From a virus (lineage: Duplodnaviria > Caudoviricetes), in the IMG/VR virus record IMGVR_UViG_3300026258_000271, positions 64,001-128,000 of that record: a stretch of DNA of 64,000 nucleotides; one strand, given 5' to 3'. Below are positions 39,188-49,216 of this stretch, in pieces. A model generated the notes under the pieces. It searched no databases and was not told the DNA's origin. It was given only the letters and a program-made list of their open reading frames with translations. How positions within the stretch are numbered: position 1 is the stretch's first letter; every line of letters begins with the position of its first letter. The position numbers and the translations under genes are program-made.

Positions 39188-40933
39188 ATGGCTTGGAAAA
39201 AATATTTTAAAGACGCTAACCTTTCTCCAATATCTGGAGAAAAAGTTCCTAACTTTGCGAAGAGAAATTACAGTTCTTATCTTCCAGATGTCTACACAGG
39301 ACACCCAAACAGAATACAGAGATATTTCCAGTATGACCAAATGGATTCAGATTCAGAAATCAATGCGGCACTGGATATACTTGCAGAATTTTCAACACAG
39401 AAAAACACAGAGAACGAAACTCCGTTTGATCTTGTGTTCAAAGATGAGACAACAGAACATGAAGTGAAACTTCTAAAGAAAGCACTTCAACAATGGACAG
39501 CATCAAACAAATTTAACAAAAGAATTTTTAGAATATTCAGGAACGCACTGAAATATGGTGACTGTTTCTTTGTAAGAGATCCAGAAACACACAAATGGTT
39601 ATACATAGACAATGCAAAAGTTGATAGAATTGTTGTCAACGAATCCGAAGGCAAGAAGCCTGAACAATATGTGATAAGAGATATCAACCCAAACCTACAA
39701 AGATTGAGTGCTACACAGATTACACCGAACCAAACTTACGGTGGCGGCGGAACAACAGGTGGTGGCACAGCGGCATACGGTCAAAGTTATGCCAATGCAG
39801 GGGCAACTGCCAACATGTCAGGATTTGCTGGTGCAAACGCAGGCGGCAGATTCTACAAAACAATGAATGCCTACAACATAAATGCAGAACACGTGATTCA
39901 TATGTCAATGTCTGATGGTTTAGACAACCTATTTCCATTTGGCCAGTCTGTTTTAGAACAAGTTTTCAAAGTTTACAAACAAAAAGAATTATTAGAAGAT
40001 GCAATAATCATTTACAGGGTCCAAAGAGCACCTGAAAGAAGAGTGTTCTATATTGATGTAGGTAACATGCCAACACACTTGGCTATGCAATTCGTTGAGA
40101 GAGTCAAAAACGAAATAAATCAAAGAAGAATTCCAAGTGCATCAGGTGGTGCAAACTTCATAGACGCCACATACAACCCAATGTCAATTAACGAAGATTA
40201 CTTCTTCCCACAGACAGCAGAAGGAAGAGGATCTAAAGTTGATACACTACCGGGCGGTACTAACCTAGGCGAGATAGATGATTTAAGATTTTTCACTAAT
40301 AAACTGTTCAGAGGTTTGAGAATTCCTAGTTCTTACTTGCCAACTGGTGCAGAAGACGGACAGCAACAGTACAATGATGGTAGAGTAGGCACTGCATACA
40401 TCCAAGAATTGAGATTCAACAAGTATTGTGCAAGATTACAAAGCATGTTGGCTTCAACTTTCGACGAAGAGTTCAAATTATGGATCAAAGGAAAAGGTTA
40501 TAACATAGACAACAGCATGTTTGAAATAAAATTGAACCCACCACAAAACTTTGCACAGTACAGACAGACAGAAATGGACCAAGCAAGGGTAAACACGTTC
40601 ACAGCAGTTGCAGAACTGCCTTACATGAGTAAAAGATTTGCTCTAAAAAGATATCTAGGTTTAAGTGAAGAAGAAATGGCAAGAAACGCTGAATTATGGG
40701 CAGAAGAAAACAATGTGCCTCAGAAGAAACAAACAAAATCCAACCAGTTGCGTAGTGCAGGCGTTACACAATCAGGTATTTCGAGTGACTTAGATCAATT
40801 TGAAGAGCCAACAGCAGACGCAGAAGCACCAGAACCAGGACAACCACAACCAGGACAGCCAGGAACAACACCAGGTGGACAAGGTGGAGGCGGTGGAACA
40901 CCCGGCGGTACAGGTGGCGGAGGCCAAGTTTAA
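39188..40933 (+). CDS. gp20: Portal vertex protein
   Basis: LLEDAIIIYRVQRAPERRVFYIDVGNMP, EDYFFP, TLPGGTNLGEIDD. Confidence 0.95.
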   Translation: MAWKKYFKDANLSPISGEKVPNFAKRNYSSYLPDVYTGHPNRIQRYFQYDQMDSDSEINAALDILAEFSTQKNTENETPFDLVFKDETTEHEVKLLKKALQQWTASNKFNKRIFRIFRNALKYGDCFFVRDPETHKWLYIDNAKVDRIVVNESEGKKPEQYVIRDINPNLQRLSATQITPNQTYGGGGTTGGGTAAYGQSYANAGATANMSGFAGANAGGRFYKTMNAYNINAEHVIHMSMSDGLDNLFPFGQSVLEQVFKVYKQKELLEDAIIIYRVQRAPERRVFYIDVGNMPTHLAMQFVERVKNEINQRRIPSASGGANFIDATYNPMSINEDYFFPQTAEGRGSKVDTLPGGTNLGEIDDLRFFTNKLFRGLRIPSSYLPTGAEDGQQQYNDGRVGTAYIQELRFNKYCARLQSMLASTFDEEFKLWIKGKGYNIDNSMFEIKLNPPQNFAQYRQTEMDQARVNTFTAVAELPYMSKRFALKRYLGLSEEEMARNAELWAEENNVPQKKQTKSNQLRSAGVTQSGISSDLDQFEEPTADAEAPEPGQPQPGQPGTTPGGQGGGGGTPGGTGGGGQV

Positions 40934-40947
40934 GGTTAAATACGATT

Positions 40948-41190
40948 ATGAAACTAATGGAATTCTTTACATACACAGCAGACGGGTTCGAGCAGGACAA
41001 AACCTATGAGCCTGAGCACGATATATCTGTTTTGGATTCCGAAGACACAAGAAAAACTAGACTATCTTTGAAAGATATCAACTCAATGAGACTTGCATCA
41101 GAGGCCCACGATGCTCAGCAAAAGGAAGAAGCAGTTTTTGTCCAAAAAATGTACGGACAACCTGCCACAGACGATAACTTAGAGTTATAA
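40948..41190 (+). CDS. Small head-assembly region protein
   Basis: 80 aa after the portal gene, DTRKTRLSL..MYG; TAAATA 5 nt before the ATG. Confidence 0.65.
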   Translation: MKLMEFFTYTADGFEQDKTYEPEHDISVLDSEDTRKTRLSLKDINSMRLASEAHDAQQKEEAVFVQKMYGQPATDDNLEL

Positions 41191-41807
41191 TGTCATCAAT
41201 AGCGTTCGTATTAGGTAACGGTGAATCACGTAAGGGCATCGATATCGATGATCTTAAGAAGTTAGGCAAAGTTTATGCCTGTAACGGTGTCTACAGAACA
41301 CATAGACCAGACTTTCTAATAGCGGTTGACCCAAAGATGTGTTTCGAAATAGCAGAAACTGACTACGCACAACATAATAAAGTGTGGTCAAACTTCAATG
41401 CCCAGTACAACAAAAATCAAAAAATAATGGATCACTTCAACTGGTTCCGACCAAGCCTAGGGTGGTCAAGCGGCCCAACCGCACTTAGAATGGCCTGTGA
41501 ACATGGTTTCAAGGAGATCTACATACTTGGATTCGACTATCGTGGGCACGGTGACAACAACAGGTTCAAGTTCAACAACATTTTCAAGGACACAAGGAAC
41601 TACAAAAAGTCAAAGGACGAAGCAACGTTCTATGGCAACTGGATGAATCAGACAAAACGTTGCGTACAGGATTTTAAAGACGTCAAATTCCATAGAGTTA
41701 TACCTGAAGGATGGTTCAAACCCAAAGACCTTGCGTGGGCAGGACAGATAGATCATCCAACTATCGAAGAATTCGTCACAAAATTTGGTTTGCAATTAAA
41801 AAAGTAA
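41190..41807 (+). CDS. DUF115/GT29-like Rossmann-fold protein (possible sugar transferase)
   Basis: AFVLGNGESR, YACN, PDFLIAVD, SSGPTAL, IYILGFD. Confidence 0.55.
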   Translation: MSSIAFVLGNGESRKGIDIDDLKKLGKVYACNGVYRTHRPDFLIAVDPKMCFEIAETDYAQHNKVWSNFNAQYNKNQKIMDHFNWFRPSLGWSSGPTALRMACEHGFKEIYILGFDYRGHGDNNRFKFNNIFKDTRNYKKSKDEATFYGNWMNQTKRCVQDFKDVKFHRVIPEGWFKPKDLAWAGQIDHPTIEEFVTKFGLQLKK

Positions 41808-41914
41808 CAAAAATACGTCTTTTTACGCCAATTATACCGCCGTTTTTAGGCCTTTACAGTAAATACAAACACTTATAAGTACAAATCGACAATAAAACAA
41901 GGAGCACGTGTAAA

Positions 41915-42889
41915 ATGTCAAACAATAAATTTGAGTCGTTATTAGAATTACTAATTAACGAAGAAAACGATAAAGCAGAGGCTTTATTTCACGAAATCGT
42001 AGTTGAAAAATCTAGAGACATCTACGAAAACCTAGCAGACGAAGAAGTAACTGCTGAGGCAAAAGAAGAATCAAAAGAAGACGCTAAAGAAGAAGTTAAA
42101 GAAACTGAAGCATCTGATGAGGCTAAAGTAGAAGAAACTGCTGAAGAAAAAGTAGAAGAAACTACAGAAGAAGCAAAAGATGAGAAAGTTGAAGAAACTT
42201 CTGAGGAGTCTAAAGACGAGCAAGTCGACGAAGTTGTAGAAATCGAAGACGAAGCAAAAGAGTCTGAAACAACTGAAGAAGAATCAATCGAAGAAGTAGG
42301 CGGTGACGCAACTGACGAATTGGTTAAAGACATCTCTTCTGAAGAAGAAGGCGAAATGGATGCAGACAAAGGCGAAGAAATGCCAGCAGACATGGACGCT
42401 GACAAAGGCGAAGAAGACATGGAAGACAGAGTTGTTGACTTAGAAGACGCTTTAGACGAATTAAAAGCAGAATTCGAAGCAATGATGGGCAAAAAAGACG
42501 GTGAAGAAGAGAAAGAAGAAGAATCTTTAGCACCTGAAGTTGCACCAGAGTTAACTCCAGAAGTTGAAATGGAAGGCAAAAAAGACATGGATAAGAAAGA
42601 GAAGATGAAAGAGTACAAAAATCCTGTCAAAGCGGACACAGCCGACCATGCAGATAGCAAAAAATCACCAGTAAATGATGCAGGTACAAAAATGGGCCAT
42701 GGCGGTGCTAACATTGCCAAAGGCGGAGCAGACGAAAAAGGAAGACCGGCTCCAACTGCACAGAAAATGAGTGATTTCGAGAACACAGGCGGAAAAGCAA
42801 AATCTACTTCATACAAGAAGCAAGAGAAGGCAAATACTGCTGACGGTTCAGACAAATCTGCTAAATCACCAGTTAATTCTCAGAAATAA
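41915..42889 (+). CDS. Acidic prohead core protein
   Basis: Extremely E/D-rich, between portal and protease, AGGAG RBS. Confidence 0.7.
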   Translation: MSNNKFESLLELLINEENDKAEALFHEIVVEKSRDIYENLADEEVTAEAKEESKEDAKEEVKETEASDEAKVEETAEEKVEETTEEAKDEKVEETSEESKDEQVDEVVEIEDEAKESETTEEESIEEVGGDATDELVKDISSEEEGEMDADKGEEMPADMDADKGEEDMEDRVVDLEDALDELKAEFEAMMGKKDGEEEKEEESLAPEVAPELTPEVEMEGKKDMDKKEKMKEYKNPVKADTADHADSKKSPVNDAGTKMGHGGANIAKGGADEKGRPAPTAQKMSDFENTGGKAKSTSYKKQEKANTADGSDKSAKSPVNSQK

Positions 42890-42912
42890 TTGTTGATTAA
42901 AGGAGGTCATCG

Positions 42913-43545
42913 ATGGCATCACTATACCTAAGAGAGAATCTAACATTCGATCAGGCCAGAGTGCAGATCTTACACGAGGGAAAAGACGGTAAGGATTTGT
43001 ACATGAAGGGCATCTGCATTCAAGGTGGGATCAAGAATGCTAATCAGAGAGTTTACCCAGTGTCAGAAATCGCAAAAGCGACAAAAACACTAAACGATCA
43101 GATTAGTTCTGGATACTCTGTGTTAGGTGAAGTAGATCACCCAGATGATTTAAAAATTAATTTGGACCGTGTGTCTCACATGATTACAGAAATGTGGATG
43201 GACGGACCAAATGGATACGGTAAGATGAAAATCCTACCAACACCGATGGGCAAACTTGTCGAAACTATGTTGCAATCGGGTGTGAAACTAGGCGTTTCAA
43301 GTAGAGGTTCTGGAAACATGAACGAATACGGAAGCGGTGAAGTTTCAGACTTCGAGATCATCACAGTCGATGTTGTTGCCCAACCTTCGGCACCGGGTGC
43401 TTATCCTACGCCAATTTACGAACACCTAATGAATACAAAGGGTGGTAACATGGCAAAAGGACTGGCGGCTGAAGTTAGAAATGACCCAAAAGCACAAAAG
43501 TTCCTCAAAGAGGCACTAACAAACATAATAAAGGACCTGAAATAA
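42913..43545 (+). CDS. gp21: Prohead core protease
   Basis: NANQRVYP, LGEVDHP, GVSSRGSG, DVVAQPSAPGA. Confidence 0.95.
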   Translation: MASLYLRENLTFDQARVQILHEGKDGKDLYMKGICIQGGIKNANQRVYPVSEIAKATKTLNDQISSGYSVLGEVDHPDDLKINLDRVSHMITEMWMDGPNGYGKMKILPTPMGKLVETMLQSGVKLGVSSRGSGNMNEYGSGEVSDFEIITVDVVAQPSAPGAYPTPIYEHLMNTKGGNMAKGLAAEVRNDPKAQKFLKEALTNIIKDLK

Positions 43546-43546
43546 C

Positions 43547-44611
43547 ATGATAGACGCAATATCAAAATTAGTAGAGTCTGGAGCAATCTCGGAAGATGTG
43601 CAAAAAGGCATCCAAGAGGCTTGGGATTCGAAAATTAAAGAAAACAAAGAAATTGTAGGCGCTGAGTTAAGAGAAGAGTTTGCTAAAAGATACGAACACG
43701 ACAAAGCAAACATGATCGAGGCTATCGACAAAATGATGACTGAGAAATTATCTGAGGAAATCACTAAATTTGTCGAGGACAGAAAAGCACTTGCACAAGA
43801 AAAAATCGCTTACAAAGAAAACGTAGGCAAACACTCTGCAAAATTAGAAAGTTTTATCCTTTCTAAATTGAATGAGGAGTTAAAAGAGTTACACACTGAC
43901 CGAAAAGGTGTTCATGAAAACTTTAAGAAAATGGAAGAGTTCGTAGTTAACGCTCTTGCAAAAGAAATTAAAGAGTTCCATGAAGACAAAAAAGGTGTTG
44001 TGGAAACGAAAGTCAAACTAGTAGCCGAAGCCAAAAAACAAATGGCTAAGATGAAAGAGGCTTTCATAACAAGATCTGCTAAAGTTGTAGAATCTGCTGT
44101 TAACAAAAAACTTGCTGAAGAGTTAAAAGCTCTTAAGGAAGACATCACAGCGGCTAGAGAAGTCAACTTTGGCAAGAAAATATTCGAGGCGTTCGCTTCA
44201 GAGTATCAGAATTCTTACTTAAATGAGAAATCTGAGTCCGCGAAGTTAATGAAAGTTGTGGATGAAACTACAATGAAGTTAAAAAACGCTGAGAAGGCTA
44301 TCGAAGAGAAACAAGCGGTGATTGAGTCGAAGGAAGCCGAGTCCAAAAGACAGGCAGACTTGATGGAACGTAAGGAAAAGATGGCCGAGATGCTCAAACC
44401 ATTGGGCAAAGAAAAGAGTGAAGTAATGAGTCAGTTGTTAGAATCAGTTCAAACAGCGAAACTTCAAAGTTCATTCGACAAGTATCTACCACACGTGATG
44501 GCTGATAAACCAGTTGAGACAGGAAAACAAGTTATTTCTGAATCAAGTGGTGACAGAGCACAAAGGGAAGATGCTGACTTAACAAATATCCGTAAATTAG
44601 CGGGTATATAA
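43547..44611 (+). CDS. gp22: Prohead scaffolding protein
   Basis: E/K-rich coiled coil between gp21 and the major capsid gene. Confidence 0.8.
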   Translation: MIDAISKLVESGAISEDVQKGIQEAWDSKIKENKEIVGAELREEFAKRYEHDKANMIEAIDKMMTEKLSEEITKFVEDRKALAQEKIAYKENVGKHSAKLESFILSKLNEELKELHTDRKGVHENFKKMEEFVVNALAKEIKEFHEDKKGVVETKVKLVAEAKKQMAKMKEAFITRSAKVVESAVNKKLAEELKALKEDITAAREVNFGKKIFEAFASEYQNSYLNEKSESAKLMKVVDETTMKLKNAEKAIEEKQAVIESKEAESKRQADLMERKEKMAEMLKPLGKEKSEVMSQLLESVQTAKLQSSFDKYLPHVMADKPVETGKQVISESSGDRAQREDADLTNIRKLAGI

Positions 44612-44637
44612 CAACTAAACAAGGGGAAAAGATACAA

Positions 44638-45810
44638 ATGTCAGATATATTTGAATCAAAATGGGGCGAAACTAAAGCGGCCCTAACCGAAGGTTTAGCG
44701 GGTAACAAGAAAAAAACTATGGATGTCGTGTTAGAAAACACGAAAAGATACTTGGCAGAACAATCAACTGCTGGTGCCACATCTGCAGGTAACGTTGCTA
44801 CGTTAAACAGGGTTATCCTTCCAGTAATACGTAGGGTTATGCCTACTGTTATAGCGAACGAGATCGTTGGTGTACAACCAATGACTGGTCCGGTTGGACA
44901 GATCCACACTTTAAGAATAAGATATGCAGACACAGTTGCGTCAAACACGACAGCAGGTGAAGAAGCATTATCTCCATTCAAAATCGCGAAAGCATATTCT
45001 GGTAACCAGAACAATTCTACTCCAAAAGCGGCATCAACTGCCTCTTTAGAGGGAACTGGTGGTAAGAGATTATCAATCCAGATCTTGAAACAACCGGTTG
45101 AAGCGAAGTCTAGAAAATTAAGTGCTAGATGGACGTTTGAAGCGGCTCAAGATGCTCAGGCACAACAAGGTATCGATGTAGAAGCAGAAATCATGGCGGC
45201 ATTAGCTCAAGAGATTACTGCTGAGATCGACCAAGAGATCATTGGATCATTAAGAACATTGGCGGGTTCCGCTTCTGAGACTTTTGACCAAGCGGCTGTG
45301 TCAGGTACTGCAACATTCGTTGGTGATGAACACGCGGCATTGGCTGTGTTAATCAACAGAGTTGCTAACCAAATCGCAACAAGAACAAGAAGAGGCGCTG
45401 GAAACTACGCAGTAGTTTCTCCAACTGCTTTAACTGTTCTTCAATCAGCAACAACTTCAGCATTTGCTAGATCAACTGAAGGTACTTTTGAAGCACCAAC
45501 AAATACTAAATTCGTTGGAACTTTAAACGGTGCTATGAGAGTATACGTTGACGCTTACGCGGCAGACGGTACATCAGTACTAGTTGGTTACAAAGGTGCA
45601 AGTGAGGCAGACGCTCCAGCGTTCTATTGTCCTTACATTCCTTTAATGTCTTCAGGTGTTGTATTAGATCCGGCTACATTCGAACCAGTAGTAGGCTTCT
45701 TAACAAGATACGGTTATGTAGAGTTAACAAACACTGCATCATCACTTGGTAACGCGGCTGACTACGTTGGATTAGTAGCGGTAACATCTGGTAACTTAAA
45801 ATTCAAATAA
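44638..45810 (+). CDS. gp23: Major capsid protein
   Basis: GVQPMTGPVGQI, EAKSRKL, EITAEIDQE, FYCPYIPL, TRYG. Confidence 0.95.
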   Translation: MSDIFESKWGETKAALTEGLAGNKKKTMDVVLENTKRYLAEQSTAGATSAGNVATLNRVILPVIRRVMPTVIANEIVGVQPMTGPVGQIHTLRIRYADTVASNTTAGEEALSPFKIAKAYSGNQNNSTPKAASTASLEGTGGKRLSIQILKQPVEAKSRKLSARWTFEAAQDAQAQQGIDVEAEIMAALAQEITAEIDQEIIGSLRTLAGSASETFDQAAVSGTATFVGDEHAALAVLINRVANQIATRTRRGAGNYAVVSPTALTVLQSATTSAFARSTEGTFEAPTNTKFVGTLNGAMRVYVDAYAADGTSVLVGYKGASEADAPAFYCPYIPLMSSGVVLDPATFEPVVGFLTRYGYVELTNTASSLGNAADYVGLVAVTSGNLKFK

Positions 45811-45835
45811 GCCAAGGCTTATTTTATTTTCAAAG

Positions 45836-45862
45836 AAAGGCGGCTTTATGTCGCCTTTTTTT
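45836..45862 (+). terminator. Intrinsic terminator after major capsid gene
   Basis: aaaggcggc/gtcgccttt stem followed by a T-run. Confidence 0.8.
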
Positions 45863-45892
45863 GTGACGGTGGTGCAACAATTTAAATACTTT

Positions 45893-46468
45893 ATGCACTA
45901 TTGCTTCCATCACATACCAAAGACAGGCGGTAGCACTCTGAAATTACGCCTAGAAGACAGAGCAAACAAAGGACAGATTAGCAAACTCGACTATGCTGTC
46001 GGACATAACACCACTTTTAGAACACCGGGCTCACATTTTGTTTGGTTGAGAGACCCGTTGGACAGAGACATATCACAGTTCAACTATGACATGGACAAAG
46101 GAGAAGCACAGGCCAGCACATTTGAAGAAAGTTGTAGACAACTTGCAGGAAATTTCATGACTCTTTGGCTCTACAAAAACTATTTGCTGTTAGATCCTGA
46201 TGCAGAAATTGAAACCAAGTACAACACTGTCAGAAATGCGTTGAGAAATAATTTTAGAAAAGTTTTTACAAGCAAAAATTTTGAAACTAGTTGGAATGAA
46301 GTGGCAGAAATTTTGAACTTGGACAAAGAACCAAGGATGAATACCAATCGAAGCAATCAAGATTATAAAAAATATGTGTCGAGAGAAAACATTAATGAAG
46401 AATTTATCTCGTGGCATAAAACCTATAACCAATATGATTTTAAACTCTACAACGAGTTTTGTGCGTAG
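45893..46468 (+). CDS. Sulfotransferase-family protein
   Basis: PAPS-binding motifs HHIPKTGGST and LRDPLDRDISQF. Start moved to ATG 45893, after the terminator and TAAATA. Confidence 0.7.
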   Translation: MHYCFHHIPKTGGSTLKLRLEDRANKGQISKLDYAVGHNTTFRTPGSHFVWLRDPLDRDISQFNYDMDKGEAQASTFEESCRQLAGNFMTLWLYKNYLLLDPDAEIETKYNTVRNALRNNFRKVFTSKNFETSWNEVAEILNLDKEPRMNTNRSNQDYKKYVSRENINEEFISWHKTYNQYDFKLYNEFCA

Positions 46469-46590
46469 ATAAAAAAAATATTTCACCTTCATACCTGACG
46501 CAGACCAAATAAGGTAGTTTTACTTTTAAGCAGTGCTTCTAAATAATTCTGAGTTTCATTAGAAACTTACAACATCAAGGGAGGTCCAAT

Positions 46591-46824
46591 ATGGATATCA
46601 TGATGAAAGTAAAAGGATGGGCGAAAGCAATCGCTGATGTCGGTGTATCATTCATCGCGTTAGGAATTGTTTTAGAAATTCTTTTCAACGGTCAAGGTAT
46701 TCCGTTCTGGCCAAACGTTTCAGTAATCGGAAACGTCCAGGGCGTACTGCAAGGATTCTCAGATCAAGGTTTGATCGGATTAGTTGCAGTTTGGATTTTA
46801 TATCATATCTACAACAGAAAATAA
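46591..46824 (+). CDS. Small two-helix membrane protein
   Basis: Two hydrophobic stretches, GGAGG RBS, TAAATA at 46540, own terminator. Confidence 0.7.
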   Translation: MDIMMKVKGWAKAIADVGVSFIALGIVLEILFNGQGIPFWPNVSVIGNVQGVLQGFSDQGLIGLVAVWILYHIYNRK

Positions 46825-46852
46825 TATAAAAATCTAGAAATACGTTAACCTC

Positions 46853-46891
46853 GAGAGTGGTGTGAGCCATTTTGTTTACACCACTCTTTTT
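46853..46891 (+). terminator. Intrinsic terminator
   Basis: gagagtggtgt/acaccactctt stem followed by Ts. Confidence 0.75.
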
Positions 46892-46920
46892 CTACACATT
46901 TAATAACTCACAAAATTTGG

Positions 46921-47028
46921 TAAATACTATCAGTTCAAACGTGCTTTCACATACAGTGAAAGACTTATGCGGATAACAACCGCGTAGCCAGGAGAACTGG
47001 CATTGGACTCCTATAAAGGAGAAAACAA
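46921..47028 (+). promoter_or_regulatory. Late promoter plus structured 5' leader
   Basis: TAAATA followed by four tandem hairpins; the last (ctcct/aggag) sequesters the RBS. Confidence 0.55.
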
Positions 47029-47466
47029 ATGGGAAGACCTATCAAAAAAAGTAAAATGGCTGGAAGTGCCTCAGGTGTAGCAGGTAACATTGCAGTTACG
47101 GCTTACAGAGCATCTGGTGGTTCAAAAGTTGACTCTACAACGGCTTATATCATAAGTCAAAGAGGATCTAAATTATTCAAGATTTCTTTGGAAGATTCAA
47201 CTTCTGGCGTTTACTGTTTAAAAGCAGTAGCACCAGGTTCATTATCAGCGTCTCCACCAAACGGATCTGCAGGTGAATTCTGTGTACAGATGATTCTAAA
47301 TGACTCAACTGTTGCATACGTAGAGAAATTCTACAACAACACAGTACACTATGTTGATGCCGCAGGAAACACAGGTGTTACAAAATACACACTTGGAACT
47401 GAGACAACTGACGAAGGACAAGCAGGCGCAGGAATTGGTAACATCGACGTTATCACAGACCAGTAA
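47029..47466 (+). CDS. Probable virion (head decoration/fibre) protein
   Basis: MGRPIKK.., YIISQRGSKLF; strong RBS, late promoter and terminator. Confidence 0.55.
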   Translation: MGRPIKKSKMAGSASGVAGNIAVTAYRASGGSKVDSTTAYIISQRGSKLFKISLEDSTSGVYCLKAVAPGSLSASPPNGSAGEFCVQMILNDSTVAYVEKFYNNTVHYVDAAGNTGVTKYTLGTETTDEGQAGAGIGNIDVITDQ

Positions 47467-47487
47467 TAGGGAACACGTGCTTATAAG

Positions 47488-47515
47488 AGGGGGGAGTTTC
47501 GGCTTCCCCCTTTTT
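47488..47515 (+). terminator. Intrinsic terminator
   Basis: ggggag/cttccccc stem followed by T5. Confidence 0.8.
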
Positions 47516-47533
47516 CTATATAAATAACAACAA

Positions 47534-48760
47534 ATGGCTAAAACTCTACGTACATCAGGTGATTACACCATAAAAGCAGGCGACGGGTACAACTCGGGAT
47601 CTGGAGCAAACACAATCAATCTTGACAGTTTGAATGTAAGCGTAACTGGTAACCTCACAGTAGGCGGATCAACTTCGACCATAAGCACTACAAACACAAC
47701 AGTAGAAGACAACATATTAGAATTAAACACAGGCGCAACAGCAAACAGTAACAATGCTGGAATAATAATAGAGCGAGGATCAACAGGCGACAACGCCGCA
47801 ATCATCTGGAAAGAGGACACAGATACTTTTATATTAGGTACAACAACAGCAACGGCGGCAGACAAATCAAGTTCATTATCGGTTACCGCAGGGGCGTTAC
47901 AGACTGGGGCCTTGACAGCAACAACAGGAACGTTCAGTGGCGCTGTCACAAGTGCAGGTTCAACAGTAACAGGAAACTTCACTGCAGGCTCAGTAACAAC
48001 AAACGAGATCGAAGGCAATGGTTCAAACGCGGCTATCACAGTAGCGTCATCAGGCACAGGAGATATAACTTTAGACGCTGGTGGAGATATAATACTAGAC
48101 GCAGACAACGCCGACATAAAATTACAAGACGGTGGTGTAGAATTTGGTAGAATAAGCAGAGTAACTTCAGACCTAGTCATTAAAAGCATGGGCGACAACA
48201 ATGATATATTGTTCAAAGGAGTAGATGACTCGGCCACAATCACAGCATTAACACTTGACATGAGTGCGGCAGGTGCCGCAACTTTCAATGACATGGTCAC
48301 CATTGGTGGATCATTCAAAAAAGCAATACACACATTCACAGGCGATGACGCAATCACAGAAGTAGAACACGCAGGAAGAACACTATTACTAGGAGAAGTA
48401 GGTGGTAATGCCAATGTTGTTCTAACACTTCCAGATGCGACAGGTTCAGGAAACATCTATCATTTCATAGTAAGCGTTGCAATGGGAGGATCAACAACGT
48501 ACAAAATTCAAGTTCCAGATGCTGATAACACGATAACAGGACAGATCATGTACCTCGACGAAGACGGCACAGCAGTTACATCGTTTCCAACTGTGGCGGC
48601 ATCGGACACAATTACATTGAACAGTGGCACACAAGGTGGACTAGTTGGTGACACACTAACACTTATCGACATTGCCGCAGACAAATACGCAGTGTCAGGT
48701 AATATGAGAGTGGCGGCGGGTGCCAATCCATCAACACCATTTACTGCCGCGGTAAGTTAA
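47534..48760 (+). CDS. Virion fibre protein
   Basis: GNLTVGG..VEDNILELN..GIIIERG fibre module; T/G/S-rich. Confidence 0.7.
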   Translation: MAKTLRTSGDYTIKAGDGYNSGSGANTINLDSLNVSVTGNLTVGGSTSTISTTNTTVEDNILELNTGATANSNNAGIIIERGSTGDNAAIIWKEDTDTFILGTTTATAADKSSSLSVTAGALQTGALTATTGTFSGAVTSAGSTVTGNFTAGSVTTNEIEGNGSNAAITVASSGTGDITLDAGGDIILDADNADIKLQDGGVEFGRISRVTSDLVIKSMGDNNDILFKGVDDSATITALTLDMSAAGAATFNDMVTIGGSFKKAIHTFTGDDAITEVEHAGRTLLLGEVGGNANVVLTLPDATGSGNIYHFIVSVAMGGSTTYKIQVPDADNTITGQIMYLDEDGTAVTSFPTVAASDTITLNSGTQGGLVGDTLTLIDIAADKYAVSGNMRVAAGANPSTPFTAAVS

Positions 48761-48763
48761 TAG

Positions 48764-49207
48764 ATGAGATACAAGGAAATTGACATCAACATAAAAGCAA
48801 TTCCTGATAAGGAAGACGAAGCATTGTTAAATCAATTGATGGGTGCTAAAGGTGTATCAGTGTCAGACGCTGATGATAAAACAGAACCTTCAACAGACAA
48901 TAGCGATAACCCAGGTAAGGTTGCGTCAGATGATCCGAACACAGTAGCAACAGTTTTCCCACCACAACAAGAATTAGAAATGAAGAAGAAAGAAGCGGGT
49001 AAAGACATTGCCCAATTTGATAATATCGTACAAGATGCAGATGACAAAGCACCGGATCAAGAAGCGAGAGTTGACGAACCTTTGGTAAAGCAACCTGAAC
49101 TTACTGGTGGAGATCAACCAGGTGTACCTGCTGAAATGAAGAAGAAACAACCAAAGACAGAAAGTGAATTCATTCAAAGACTAAAAACATTATCTGGCCA
49201 AAACTAA
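48764..49207 (+). CDS. Acidic hypothetical protein
   Basis: 147 aa, FPPQQELEMKKK motif, in the fibre operon. Confidence 0.65.
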   Translation: MRYKEIDINIKAIPDKEDEALLNQLMGAKGVSVSDADDKTEPSTDNSDNPGKVASDDPNTVATVFPPQQELEMKKKEAGKDIAQFDNIVQDADDKAPDQEARVDEPLVKQPELTGGDQPGVPAEMKKKQPKTESEFIQRLKTLSGQN

Positions 49208-49216
49208 GGAGCGTAC

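Noticed and set aside
41915-42889. gaagaa-rich tandem-like repeats
   Set aside because: Explained by Glu/Lys codons of the acidic prohead core protein.
27027-45810. Inteins or introns in gp46, portal or capsid genes
   Set aside because: Lengths are ordinary and no splicing motifs were seen.
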